A DNA stretch of 64,000 nt from SAR202 cluster bacterium AC-647-P02_OGT_505m (GTDB lineage: Bacteria > Chloroflexota > Dehalococcoidia > Lucifugimonadales > UBA826), in assembly GCA_009391195.1 (NCBI GenBank), contig VEXB01000004.1, forward strand, positions 6,665 through 70,664, given 5' to 3'. The notes under the pieces are model-generated. The model made no database searches. It was not told where the DNA came from and saw nothing but the letters and a program-made list of their open reading frames with translations. Positions 20,966 through 31,169 of the stretch are shown here, piece after piece. The position numbers and the translations under genes are program-made. Position 1 is the first letter of the stretch; every line of letters begins with the position of its first letter.

Positions 20966-22159
20966 ATGCCAAGACTAGAAGCGTTGAGCGAGGCACAGAG
21001 GAAAATGTTGTTGAATTGGCCTTGCCCAGACAACGACGACACCCCTTGGACTACTATGGGGAAGCCACTTTCAGAATCTAAAGTGGCGATGGTGACGACT
21101 TCCGGGATTCACCTAAGAAAGGATGCTCCTTTCAGGAGTTTGAAGGGTGGGGATACGTCGTATCGAATTATTCCCCGAGATTCTGACCCAGCCGATATTA
21201 TTCAAAGTCATACTAGCATTGGATTCGATAGAACCACCTCGTACAGGGATATCAACATATCTTTTCCTGTGGATCGACTGGAAGAATTAGTACAAAGTGG
21301 TTACATAGGAGAATTATCTAATAATTATTATTCTTATATGGGCGCGATTAACGATGTGACGGGTCTCATGGAAGACTCTGGCCCAGAAGTTGCGACTAAA
21401 TTATTATCTGAGGAGGTTGATGTAGTTCTACTTGTGCCTACTTGACCGGCCTGCTCAAACGCCGTGAGCGTGCTTGCTAGGGTTTATGAGGATATGGGGC
21501 TCGTAACAACTGGACTTGTTTTAATTGAAGAGCATGCAAAGAGGGTTAAGCCTCCTCGCATGCTGTCAGTTCCTTTTAATTTTGGGAATACTTTAGGAAG
21601 GCCGAATGATCCTGAATTCCAGCACGAGATTTTAAGGACAACTTTTGATTTATTGGATAGACAAGAGGGACCGGTACTGGAGAGTTTTTCCCCCGATATT
21701 GCGCCTGAATTATTTTCCCAGGGGTCTGGGGTAGCTAGAGAGGAATCCCCTGTAGTTTCTGATCCTGGTCAAGAGGTTGACTTAAGGAGACCTTTTTATG
21801 AGCGATGGGTTCAACAAAACCATGGGAGAACGGCAGTTGGTGTGAGTACAATCTCTCAAACAGATTTCAAATTGGTGATTAAGTTCCTAGAAGATTTTAC
21901 GGAGAATGAGGAGTCTGATACTCCTATCCGTCCCAATCAATTTAGCGTCGCCCACTTTATAAGATATTGCGTCGATGACCTTAAGGCATATTACTTTGAG
22001 TCGAAAATGTCTGAAGACCCAGAATTGTCCATCACTCAATTGCATGAGTGGCTTTGGGCTGAGACAGCATTGGGATCTTTAATTATGAGATTAGCCGAGA
22101 GAATGAGATCCGATGACAATAACGAGGTAAAAGCCGTAGCCTTTGGCATAGCTAGATAG
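20966..22159 (+). CDS. PrdB/GrdB-like selenoprotein (Sec160, UxxC) with C-terminal extension; single gene read through TGA 21443-21445
   Basis: The GrdB/PrdB-type N-part (KPLSESKVAMVTTSG, FPVDRLEEL, VDVVLLVPT) continues in frame after TGA as PACSNAVSVLAR...PPRMLSVPFNFGNTLG; a hairpin lies directly 3' of the TGA. Confidence 0.85.
21449..21473 (+). promoter_or_regulatory. Candidate bacterial SECIS element
   Basis: GCTCA (21453-57) pairs with TGAGC (21465-69) around the loop AACGCCG, extendable by a G-U pair and outer GC pairs, just downstream of the in-frame TGA. Confidence 0.5.
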
Positions 22160-22221
22160 TGTGTAAGCTTGCCGACAGCCGGTTGCCCAAACGTTCTCCA
22201 TCTATTGCCTAGTTAAAAGAG

Positions 22222-22260
22222 CAAAAACTCCATGTTTAATTGTTAAACATGGAGTTTTTG
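22222..22260. terminator. Bidirectional intrinsic terminator
   Basis: 18-bp perfect inverted repeat CAAAAACTCCATGTTTAA / TTAAACATGGAGTTTTTG between convergent genes. Confidence 0.8.
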
Positions 22261-22268
22261 ATAGGTGG

Positions 22269-23231
22269 CTAAATTCTTGCGAATTTTTGTAATCCTTTTG
22301 TGGTTCCTACCTCTGATATGTAGATATCTCCCTGGGTGTCTATCCAGATACCGTGCGGGAAACCTCTAAAGTTTCCAGCGTCTTCGCCTCGGCTTCCCCA
22401 GCGTCCAACAACCTCTCCTTCCAAGGTAGTTATTAAAACAGAACCTACTCCCTCCGCAATGTGCATCATTTCGTCGTCGTCTATAACAGCGTCATTAGGA
22501 CCTCTAACATCTAGCCACTGATTTATAAAATTGCCATCAGCATCAAAAATTTGGCATCGATTATTTTCTCGATCCATAATGTAAACGTTGTTATTTGAAT
22601 CCACAGTTACATCATGAGGTAGATTAAATTCTCCTGGTCCCGTTCCGGGATTTCCAGTTGCATTTGGGTTGTCTTCCTTCTTATACAGATTCCAGGCTTC
22701 CTGGTTAAATACTGGTTCCCCTTCTCCCCATGAGCATATGAGGTCACCATTATTGGTAAATTTGTGAACTCTGTTTTGCCAGTATCCGTCTGAGACAAAT
22801 ATTTCACCGCTAGCTGACTGAACGGCGCGTGTAGGGGACCTGAAAGGCTCTCCCTGTGGTCCGAGTTCGTCCTTAACACCTATTGACATCAACAATTCTC
22901 CGTCAGAGTTAAAGCGTGTCACGGTGTGATTCCCCGAGTCGGCATGGAATATTTCGTCCTCAGGACTAATCCATAATCCATGAGGTGTAGCAAAGTATTC
23001 TTCACCCCATTGGGTTAGGAAGGTCCCATCTTTGTCAAAGACAAGAATGACTCCAGCATTTGGGTTGTCTCCTTCAGTCGTGTATAGCCCTGCATAGGAT
23101 GTACGAACAGCGACGTAAACATTTCCATTTGACGTGGTTGCTATATCGGATGCAACTCCGTCAATAGGCCACTGACCCCAGCCTTCGACAAGTTCGTATT
23201 GATAGTCACCGGTTCCAAATGTGTTTGCCAT
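22269..23231 (-). CDS. NHL-repeat beta-propeller, PAL (peptidyl-alpha-hydroxyglycine lyase)-like
   Basis: PHGL, SDGY, LPHDV, DRENNR, PHGI motifs; no signal peptide. Confidence 0.85.
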   Translation of the reverse strand: MANTFGTGDYQYELVEGWGQWPIDGVASDIATTSNGNVYVAVRTSYAGLYTTEGDNPNAGVILVFDKDGTFLTQWGEEYFATPHGLWISPEDEIFHADSGNHTVTRFNSDGELLMSIGVKDELGPQGEPFRSPTRAVQSASGEIFVSDGYWQNRVHKFTNNGDLICSWGEGEPVFNQEAWNLYKKEDNPNATGNPGTGPGEFNLPHDVTVDSNNNVYIMDRENNRCQIFDADGNFINQWLDVRGPNDAVIDDDEMMHIAEGVGSVLITTLEGEVVGRWGSRGEDAGNFRGFPHGIWIDTQGDIYISEVGTTKGLQKFARI

Positions 23232-23267
23232 ATGTATATCTCCATTTATATTGTGCATTCATTTCAG

Positions 23268-24500
23268 TTATAAAATAACGCCTTCGTCTTGCAGTGATGA
23301 GATGTCGTCCCATGAATAATCTAGACGTTCAATCAATATTTCCTCAGTATTTTCCCCTAGGGAAGGGGCCATTTTTTGTGTGTCTACTGGTGTTTTATCA
23401 AACGTTAGAGGTAGCTGGTGCCACATCGACTCGCCAATTACTGGGTGATCGAAAGGAACTAAGTATTTGTTTTCTATAACCTGAGGATCATTGGGTAGAT
23501 CCAATGTTGCTTGGACCCTCTCCCAAATGAGGTCTGAGTTTCTAAGAATAGTTTCCCATTCAGCAAAGGTCTTTTCTTCAAAAATTGCATCAAGGGTCGC
23601 TATCACAATGTGTTTGTTGTCCTGGCGTGCATCAGATGTAGAAAAGTTCAAGTCTGACTTCAATTCAGGTCTGTCCAACACGTCACAAAAAATAGGCCAG
23701 TATCGTTCTCCTTGGCTCATGGAAAAAGCTATCCACTTCGCATCTTTTGTTTTATAGGTGTTCCATAACGGATTATTCATGTTGCTTCTGTGTTGTCTTT
23801 TAAGTTCTTTTCCTTCAAGGAGTCCTATTCCATCCCTCATCATTCCCAGCCACATCATGCTGCCAAGATGGGAAGTTTCTACTTTCTGCCCCATATTGGT
23901 TCGCTCTTTATATACAAGGCCGGCCAGTATCCCATGGCTGAGCATAATGCCTGCAATTTGATCGGCGACACCATGTAGGTTATAAGGCGTTTCATCTTCG
24001 GGTCCGCCCCACCAGAGTGATCCTGACCTGGCTTCCCCTGTTAAAGCAAAGGCTGGCTTATTGGAATCATTTCCGCTGGGGCCATATCCTGTTGCGGACC
24101 CATATATAAGCTGAGGGTTGATCTCCTTAAGTTTTTCCCATCCAAGTCCTAGTCTTTCCGCTACCCCTTGTCTAAAGTTCTGTACGAATACGTCTGATTG
24201 TTTTACGAGATCCTGGACAATCTCTTTTCCCTTCTCATGTTTTAGGTTGATAGCCATTCCCAATTTTTGACGGTTTAAAACCTCAAAATAATTTGATGAC
24301 AGTCCTTCGTATGCATCACTTCCCACTCCACTAACTTGCCCAAACTGTCTTCCATGATCCCCGTCAAGGGATTCTATTTTTATAACTTCCGCGCCCAGGT
24401 CTGCGAGCATCATCGTTGAAACCGGGCCGAACTGCCACATGGTCCAGTCGAGAACTTTAATTCCGCTCAGAGGTCCCTGCTGATTTTTTTGCATGGTCAA
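23268..24500 (-). CDS. Class III CoA-transferase (CaiB/BaiF)
   Basis: PLSGIKVLD, LADLGAEVIKIE, NFRQG, catalytic Asp in GVADQ, APSLGENT. Confidence 0.93.
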   Translation of the reverse strand: MTMQKNQQGPLSGIKVLDWTMWQFGPVSTMMLADLGAEVIKIESLDGDHGRQFGQVSGVGSDAYEGLSSNYFEVLNRQKLGMAINLKHEKGKEIVQDLVKQSDVFVQNFRQGVAERLGLGWEKLKEINPQLIYGSATGYGPSGNDSNKPAFALTGEARSGSLWWGGPEDETPYNLHGVADQIAGIMLSHGILAGLVYKERTNMGQKVETSHLGSMMWLGMMRDGIGLLEGKELKRQHRSNMNNPLWNTYKTKDAKWIAFSMSQGERYWPIFCDVLDRPELKSDLNFSTSDARQDNKHIVIATLDAIFEEKTFAEWETILRNSDLIWERVQATLDLPNDPQVIENKYLVPFDHPVIGESMWHQLPLTFDKTPVDTQKMAPSLGENTEEILIERLDYSWDDISSLQDEGVIL

Positions 24501-24620
24501 ATATTCCTTCTATATACCGGTGAATAAACTCCGGAAATAGAGCCCCATAAAGTCAGGGCCTAACTCTTTCGGAAATGCGTATATTATGAAATCGATTAAA
24601 AAGGAATACTATAAAAGGTG

Positions 24621-25724
24621 TCATCCAGTGAGATCATTCAATCTCGGCATTACCTTTTCAGCGAGAAGTCTCATAGAGGTTTCGTAATTTTCGCTATCCT
24701 CTGAATGATCAAACGTGAGCCAGAGCAGATGTCCAAACCCTCCAACTGCTGAGTATAGGTTGCGGATTTTCTCCGTTACGGTGTCTGGTGACCCAACTAT
24801 CCATAAATTGTCCAGCATATACTCAATGGTGACATCTTCGTTAGGCATAGATTCGTCATGTTTCATATATTCAACGAAAGGATAAGCTCCGAAAGAAAAC
24901 AGTGGATGTAGATATTCTCTCCAGGCCCTTCCAAGCATGCCATTTAAAGCGCCTTCTCTAGCTTCTTCATCAGTTTCGGCCACCCATATGTCTCTTACAA
25001 TTCTCCATTCACTTCTGGAAGGTGGGGTTCTGCCCTTAGATTTAGCCCCCTCCTCAACAGCATCCCAGTGACTTGCAACGTATACCTCGTTTAGGCCCAA
25101 GCTCATGGGGATATAACCTCTTTCCCCAACAAGTTTTAGGGTGTCGGAGCCGGGGCTTGCTCCAGCAACTCCTATTGGCGGGTGAGGTTTCTGGAACGGG
25201 GTTATATGCGTCCTCAGGTTGGCGAATGCATAGTCTTCTGGGTCTGGTATATTGACCTGCCAAAATTTGCCTTCATATTTAAATGGACCATCCACGTGCT
25301 CCCATAGGTTCAGGATGATATCCAGAGACTCTCTGGTTCGCTCCCTATGCTCACCATTTTCCATATCTATCCCGAATAATTCATGGTCAGATTGTAGGCC
25401 TCCCGAACCTATTCCAAACATATATCGTCCTTGGGCTAGATGATCTAGATAGGCGACTCTCGATGCCAACTCTACTGGATGATGAAAGGGAAGTAGATGG
25501 GCACCAGTTCCAAGCTTTATGTTTTTGGTCTGCATTAATGCTTGCGCGATAAGGATGTCCGGGGATGGTACTGGTTCCCAAGGCGCAGTAAAGTGTTCCC
25601 CTATCCATGCTTCCTCAAGCGCATAATTATCTGCAAGCTTGAGGCAATGAAGGTCCCAGTTTTGGGCGTCTATCGGGGCCCTCTCAGGGGGATGTGACGG
25701 CATCAGAAAAAGTCCTAGTTTCAT
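24621..25724 (-). CDS. Luciferase-like (LLM) flavin-dependent monooxygenase
   Basis: MPSHPP, WIGEHF, LDHLAQGR, PFQKPHPP. Confidence 0.92.
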   Translation of the reverse strand: MKLGLFLMPSHPPERAPIDAQNWDLHCLKLADNYALEEAWIGEHFTAPWEPVPSPDILIAQALMQTKNIKLGTGAHLLPFHHPVELASRVAYLDHLAQGRYMFGIGSGGLQSDHELFGIDMENGEHRERTRESLDIILNLWEHVDGPFKYEGKFWQVNIPDPEDYAFANLRTHITPFQKPHPPIGVAGASPGSDTLKLVGERGYIPMSLGLNEVYVASHWDAVEEGAKSKGRTPPSRSEWRIVRDIWVAETDEEAREGALNGMLGRAWREYLHPLFSFGAYPFVEYMKHDESMPNEDVTIEYMLDNLWIVGSPDTVTEKIRNLYSAVGGFGHLLWLTFDHSEDSENYETSMRLLAEKVMPRLNDLTG

Positions 25725-25791
25725 ATTACTCCACCTCACTCGTGATGTTTTTGCATGTCGTCACGCTTTTCAAAGTTGAACCTTGTTGGGA

Positions 25792-26937
25792 TTAATTTTT
25801 TAAAAGGTTTCTTGCGATTACCATTCGTTGTATTTCGGATGTACCTTCATATATCTCTGTTACTCGGGCATCTCTAAAATATCTCTCGACAGGTATTGGG
25901 GAAAAATATCCAGCTCCGCCATGGATTTGCAAAGCAGTGTGGGCTGCCTTCATTGCCGTTGTCGATGCAAAAAGTTTCGCCATGGAGGCTTCGGTATGGT
26001 AGGAAAGCCCTGCATCCTTTAGGGACGCAGAATGCATTACCAGCTGGCGAGCCGCTTCCGTGTCAGTTGCAATATCAGCGATCATATTTTGTATAGCCTG
26101 CTTGTCTGACAGGGGCCCGCCAAATGCTGATCTATTTTTCGCATAATCAACTGCGGCCTCCAACGATGCTTGGGCTATTCCCACGCTTTGAGCTGCTATT
26201 GAAATTCTGCTGGCATTTAGTACTTCCATTGTCTGTCTAAAGCCAAGATTATCTTCATTGATCAGATTGGTGGACGGCACGTGGCAGTTATTGAAAACTA
26301 CTTCACCAACGGTTGACGCCCTGATTCCCATTTTTCCCTGAAGTTTGTTAACGGTTTTTCCATCAGAGTCACCGTCGACGATGATGGCATCAATTCCCTT
26401 GTATCCTAGGTTTCTATCGTGCGTTGCCAAGGTTACAATCACGCCTGCATCTGGTGAGTTACTTATATATGTTTTGGTTCCGTTTAGGACCAGGTGGCCA
26501 TTGGCTGGAACAGCAGTAGTTTGAATTGCGGCAGCGTCGCTTCCTGCTCCTGGCTCTGTCAGTGCAAAGGCGCCTATTTTCTTTCCGGAAACAAGATCGG
26601 GTACATATTTGTTTTTTTGGGACTCGTTACCATAGTGACTTATGAAATGTGTACAGAGAGTTAAGTGAACTATGTAAATTAGGGAAGTTGCAGCGCACCC
26701 TCGAGCTATTTCCTCGGAGACTATGGCAACTTGTTTGGTGGTACCGCCAGCACCACCATATTCTTCGTTTACCATCAGCCCTAAAAGTCCTAAGTCAGCG
26801 ATATCTCTAAAATTGTCATGAGGAAATTCTTCTAACTCATCGTGTTTGGCGGCTCTAGGTGCGAGAACCTGATCTGAAAATTCTCTTACAGTGTTCCTAA
26901 GTAATAGTTCTTCTTCGGACAGAAGACTCGTAGTCAT
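25792..26937 (-). CDS. Acyl-CoA dehydrogenase
   Basis: FALTEPGAGSD, KMGIRAS, QIHGG, IYEGTSEIQR. Confidence 0.95.
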   Translation of the reverse strand: MTTSLLSEEELLLRNTVREFSDQVLAPRAAKHDELEEFPHDNFRDIADLGLLGLMVNEEYGGAGGTTKQVAIVSEEIARGCAATSLIYIVHLTLCTHFISHYGNESQKNKYVPDLVSGKKIGAFALTEPGAGSDAAAIQTTAVPANGHLVLNGTKTYISNSPDAGVIVTLATHDRNLGYKGIDAIIVDGDSDGKTVNKLQGKMGIRASTVGEVVFNNCHVPSTNLINEDNLGFRQTMEVLNASRISIAAQSVGIAQASLEAAVDYAKNRSAFGGPLSDKQAIQNMIADIATDTEAARQLVMHSASLKDAGLSYHTEASMAKLFASTTAMKAAHTALQIHGGAGYFSPIPVERYFRDARVTEIYEGTSEIQRMVIARNLLKN

Positions 26938-27270
26938 ACTTTCTCCACTCCCTTCCAAAATGTTTGTGAATCAGAAGTCTGTGTGCACCGTATTACATGT
27001 TTCCGAGCAGATGAATCTCACCTTTCAGGTCTGTAGTTGTCCCTTGACGTTAAACTTATCCCAAGCAATTTGACGCACCCTCATAAGTATGGCCAATAGT
27101 ACGCATATTTCTTTTGTAATGCCACTCAGTTAAATGGGTAATATTGCATTACACTGGGAATCACGTAATTGCCCGTATAGAAATCACTATATAGCTTTTG
27201 ACTTCCTTAAAATGGAATAATAAGCCTGATATACAAGTATTTTTTGTTGATTTGATGGAGGATATTTCAC

Positions 27271-28173
27271 ATGGTTAGGGTTGGATCTGACGAAAGATCA
27301 TTTACAGTAGATTCCAATTGGGAAAAATTACCATCTGGTTGGGAAGCGCCTATGGCGGCGGTGGCGGTGGATTCGAGAGATAGGGTTTATGGTTTTAACA
27401 GAGGCCCCAATAAGGTGATCATTTTTGACAAGGAAGGCAATTACTTGGATCACTGGAAGGATTCTGATTTTATATTTCCTCATGCTATATACGCAGATCA
27501 TGCAGACAACATATGGATAGTTGACAGAGATGCTGGGCAGGTTCTGAAATACACGCCAGAGGGTGAACTGTTGCTGTCCATTGGTGAAAAGGGTTACCGA
27601 TCCGATACTGGTGCCGATAACTCAGTGTTCACTTCCGACGGTTTCAAAGATGTAACTCATGCTGGGGAACCATTCAATTTGCCCGCCGGGGTGGCAGTAG
27701 CACCATCAGGAGACGTGTTTGTCGCCGATGGATATGCTAATTGTCGAGTACATCGGTTTGATTCCCAGGGGAACCATATTTTGTCGTGGGGAGAGCCTGG
27801 CAATGGAGAGGGACAGTTTATGTTGCCGCATGGCGTTTCTATAGCTTCTGATGGAACGGTCTTAGTATCAGACCGAGAAAACGATAGGATACAAGCCTTT
27901 GATCAAACAGGAAATTTTTTGTCTGAATGGGCTACAGACCTTATTGGTCCAGCTTTGGTATGGCAGGATTCAGTTGGGCAAGGATTTGTTCCTGAACATA
28001 ATGGGGGTAATTTTAGTGTTTTGTCGTCTGAAGGGGGTCGAATCGCTCGTTGGGGGGACGAACAATATATTTCTTGCCATGGAGCTGCAGGGGATTCTGA
28101 AGGCGGGATCTACTTTGTCCAACCGGTTACAGGCCTGATCGGTCGCCATATAGTGAAATATATTCCTGAGTAG
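27271..28173 (+). CDS. NHL-repeat beta-propeller, PAL-like (second paralogue)
   Basis: PHAI, ADGYANCR, LPHGV, DRENDR, CHG; GGAGG RBS. Confidence 0.85.
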   Translation: MVRVGSDERSFTVDSNWEKLPSGWEAPMAAVAVDSRDRVYGFNRGPNKVIIFDKEGNYLDHWKDSDFIFPHAIYADHADNIWIVDRDAGQVLKYTPEGELLLSIGEKGYRSDTGADNSVFTSDGFKDVTHAGEPFNLPAGVAVAPSGDVFVADGYANCRVHRFDSQGNHILSWGEPGNGEGQFMLPHGVSIASDGTVLVSDRENDRIQAFDQTGNFLSEWATDLIGPALVWQDSVGQGFVPEHNGGNFSVLSSEGGRIARWGDEQYISCHGAAGDSEGGIYFVQPVTGLIGRHIVKYIPE

Positions 28174-28290
28174 ATCGTTTAAGTATAGTTGCTTCTCAGG
28201 TTTCACGACCAAATTTAATATGGCATGTAAGCCTTTTAGATGCCAAGAAAATCTTCACTCAATGATTGGTATCGTTTTGGAGGCCGTGCT

Positions 28291-29667
28291 ATGAAATATT
28301 TGATTAGAGATTCGACTATTATTACGGGAAATTTAAACCGATTGATTCTGTATAAATCAGCGATGCTCACACAGAACGGAATTATTCAAGATATCGGTGA
28401 AACTGGCTTGCTTGAGGAAAAATATCCTTCTGCAACTAGAATCGAAGGGGCAGGGAAAGTGATTTTCCCCGGCCTGATCAATTGCCATACACATCTTTTG
28501 GCCACAGCTGATAAAGGGATTTTAGAAGATTTTGGCTTTCCCACAACTTTAAAATTTCCAACAACAGGTCGCGGGTTGCTGGATCAAGATGAACGTAATG
28601 TGTTTGCGAGGCTAGCCTGTATAGAGGCAATTAAAAGCGGCACTACTACCTTGCTCGAGATATCAGATGATATTTCAGAATATGCTCAAACTTTGGATTC
28701 GACAGGCTTGCGCGTTTTTCTCGGCGAGAACATGAATGATATCGATGATTCAAAGTTGCAAGAAGGGTTATATGAATATTCATCTCATAAGCGTGACATG
28801 GCCATAGGGAAAGCAACCGACTTAATCAATGACTGGCATGGGAAATCAAACGGCAGAGTCAAGGGTTTTGTTGCTCCTCATGCTCCAGAGACCGTTTCCC
28901 CAGAGCTTTTGAGGGCTTCAAGAGATTTGGCAGAGAAATATGAACTCGGATATACGATTCATTTATCTCAGAGTTACAAGGAGATTGAAACTATTAAACG
29001 TATAAGAGGAGTTTTGCCAACTCATTACCTTTTTGCAAACGAATTTCTTAGTAATCGTCTGGTTGCTGCTCACTGCAGGTACGTGAATAGCTCTGAAATA
29101 GCGTTGCTGGGCCAAAAAAACGCTGGTATATCTCATAATTCAGCTATAGGGGCCCGCAGAGGGGCTGCGGCACCTGTGGCTGAGCTATTATCGTCTGGGT
29201 GTTCACTTGGTATGGGGTCCGACAACATGGCGGAAGATATGGTGGAGGTGATGAGAGCTGCTCTTTTTCATGAAAGGGTTCGGAGAAATGACGAAATGAA
29301 TCCTCAACCTGAGGATGTACTGGAGTGGGGGACGATGGGAGGCGCGAGAACACTAGGAATCGCTGATGAATTGGGATCACTTGAAATAGGGAAGAAGGCC
29401 GATCTATTTATGATGGATTTCAGAAAAGCTCATCTGATACCAAGTCTCCGAATTGTTTCATCGTTTATTCATAATGGGATTTCTTCAGATGTAACAGATG
29501 TCATGGTTGATGGGGAATGGGTTATGCAAAATTCTTCCATTGAAAACATCGATGAAACTAAGGTCATTGAACAGGCTGAAGAAATAGGACACCGAGTTTG
29601 GAACCAGTTGGTTAAAGAACACCCCAATGTGCCATTCCCAATTAATTTACCACCTGGACCGTTATAA
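28291..29667 (+). CDS. Amidohydrolase (MTA/SAH deaminase / chlorohydrolase-like)
   Basis: PGLINCHTH, PHA, HLSQ, AHC, GSD, GSLEIGKKAD. Confidence 0.9.
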   Translation: MKYLIRDSTIITGNLNRLILYKSAMLTQNGIIQDIGETGLLEEKYPSATRIEGAGKVIFPGLINCHTHLLATADKGILEDFGFPTTLKFPTTGRGLLDQDERNVFARLACIEAIKSGTTTLLEISDDISEYAQTLDSTGLRVFLGENMNDIDDSKLQEGLYEYSSHKRDMAIGKATDLINDWHGKSNGRVKGFVAPHAPETVSPELLRASRDLAEKYELGYTIHLSQSYKEIETIKRIRGVLPTHYLFANEFLSNRLVAAHCRYVNSSEIALLGQKNAGISHNSAIGARRGAAAPVAELLSSGCSLGMGSDNMAEDMVEVMRAALFHERVRRNDEMNPQPEDVLEWGTMGGARTLGIADELGSLEIGKKADLFMMDFRKAHLIPSLRIVSSFIHNGISSDVTDVMVDGEWVMQNSSIENIDETKVIEQAEEIGHRVWNQLVKEHPNVPFPINLPPGPL

Positions 29668-29706
29668 CCTAGGACAGGATCAATAGTCGTTTTATTGGAA
29701 GATCAA

Positions 29707-31095
29707 ATGACCATATTAAATGATGTGCAATCGCAACTAAATCATACCCCCGTTGCAAGAATCGAAAGACCTTCTTCTCCAACAGAAGTTAGAGCATTGT
29801 TGAATGCGGCGAGGTCTGCTGGAGAATCAATTTGTCCCGCAGGAGCGCTTCATTCCATGGGTGGTCAGCAGTTTCTTACTAATGGTGTTTCACTAAGTTC
29901 TGAAAACTTGAATGCCATAGGACCATTGGATGAGAAATCTAAAATAGTCACAGTTCAATCTGGCGCCAGATGGCCCGAATTAGTTCGCTGGTTGGGTAGT
30001 GAGCAGTACAGAAGCTCTCGACCTTTATCTATCATTCAGAAGCAAACTGGCGCTGATGATCTAAGCTTGGGTGGGGCGTTGTCTTCGAATATTCACAGTC
30101 GAGTACTTGGTCGAAAGCCAATCGTTGAAGATATAGAGTCTTTTTACATTACCACTTCAGATGGGGCTAGGATGAAGTGTAGTAGGGAAGAGAACATTGA
30201 TCTGTTCCAATGTGCCATTGGTGGATATGGCCTCTTTGGGTTTGTTGATTCTATAAATCTTAAATTGACGAAAAGACAACTACTCAAGAGAAAGGTCACA
30301 GAAAACTCCCTGGACGAGGTAATTCCTATTCTAGAAGATTATGCCGAGCAAGGTGCCAGCTATGGAGACTTTCAATATATGACGGACGAGACATCTCAGG
30401 ACTTTTTGTCTAAGGGAATCCTTTCCGTATATATTCCAACTTGCAAGGAATCCGAATGTCCAAAGCAGCGTAATGAATTAACCATTGATGACTGGAAGAA
30501 ACTATTCGTACTAGCTCACACGAACAAAAAGACGGCCTATAACGAATATTTAAATCATTATCTGAAAACTAACGGACAGTGTTATTGGTCGGATGATCAC
30601 CAGTTCAGTCCATATTTACCTGAAGCTGGTACTTTATTGAGCGAAAAATTAGGGTGGCCTATACCTCGCTCGCTTGTAATAACCGAGCTGTATGTACCCA
30701 GATCAAAATTCGTTGATTTTATGAGAAGTGCCAAAACAGTACTTGAAAAAACAGAAGCGAATCTTGTCTACGGGACCGTTAGATTAATTGAAGAGGAGAA
30801 TGAGACGTTCCTCAGGTGGGCTTCACAGGATTTCGCGTGTGTAATATTCAATTTGTTGGTGGAACATTCCTCTGAGGGAAAGCGTAAGGCAGCGCAACAG
30901 TTTCAGATGTTGATTGACTGTGCATTGAATGAGGGAGGGTCCTTTTATCTGACTTATCACAGATGGGCTCGAAGAGACCAAGTAGAAACTGCTTACCCAC
31001 AATTTAGGGCATTTTTGGAGAAAAAATCACGCTGGGATCCAACCGACTTATTTAACAGTGACTGGTACACGCACTATTCCGAGCTGTTTACGTAA
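29707..31095 (+). CDS. FAD-binding oxidoreductase (VAO/PCMH family, ALO/DprE1-like)
   Basis: GALHSMGGQ (covalent-FAD His), SLGGALSSNIH, GGYGLFG, GGSFYL, KSRWDP. Confidence 0.85.
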   Translation: MTILNDVQSQLNHTPVARIERPSSPTEVRALLNAARSAGESICPAGALHSMGGQQFLTNGVSLSSENLNAIGPLDEKSKIVTVQSGARWPELVRWLGSEQYRSSRPLSIIQKQTGADDLSLGGALSSNIHSRVLGRKPIVEDIESFYITTSDGARMKCSREENIDLFQCAIGGYGLFGFVDSINLKLTKRQLLKRKVTENSLDEVIPILEDYAEQGASYGDFQYMTDETSQDFLSKGILSVYIPTCKESECPKQRNELTIDDWKKLFVLAHTNKKTAYNEYLNHYLKTNGQCYWSDDHQFSPYLPEAGTLLSEKLGWPIPRSLVITELYVPRSKFVDFMRSAKTVLEKTEANLVYGTVRLIEEENETFLRWASQDFACVIFNLLVEHSSEGKRKAAQQFQMLIDCALNEGGSFYLTYHRWARRDQVETAYPQFRAFLEKKSRWDPTDLFNSDWYTHYSELFT

Positions 31096-31169
31096 TATGG
31101 AGGGCTATTTTAAAAGACCCCCAGAGGCGTTAAAAGTAATGCCACCGGGGACCTCCATGTTTAATTTGG

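Noticed and set aside
21464-22159. Independent 231-aa gene starting at GTG 21464
   Set aside because: It has no RBS, the GTG lies inside the hairpin, and it is in frame with the upstream ORF through TGA-PAC; it is better explained as the C-terminal part of a selenoprotein.
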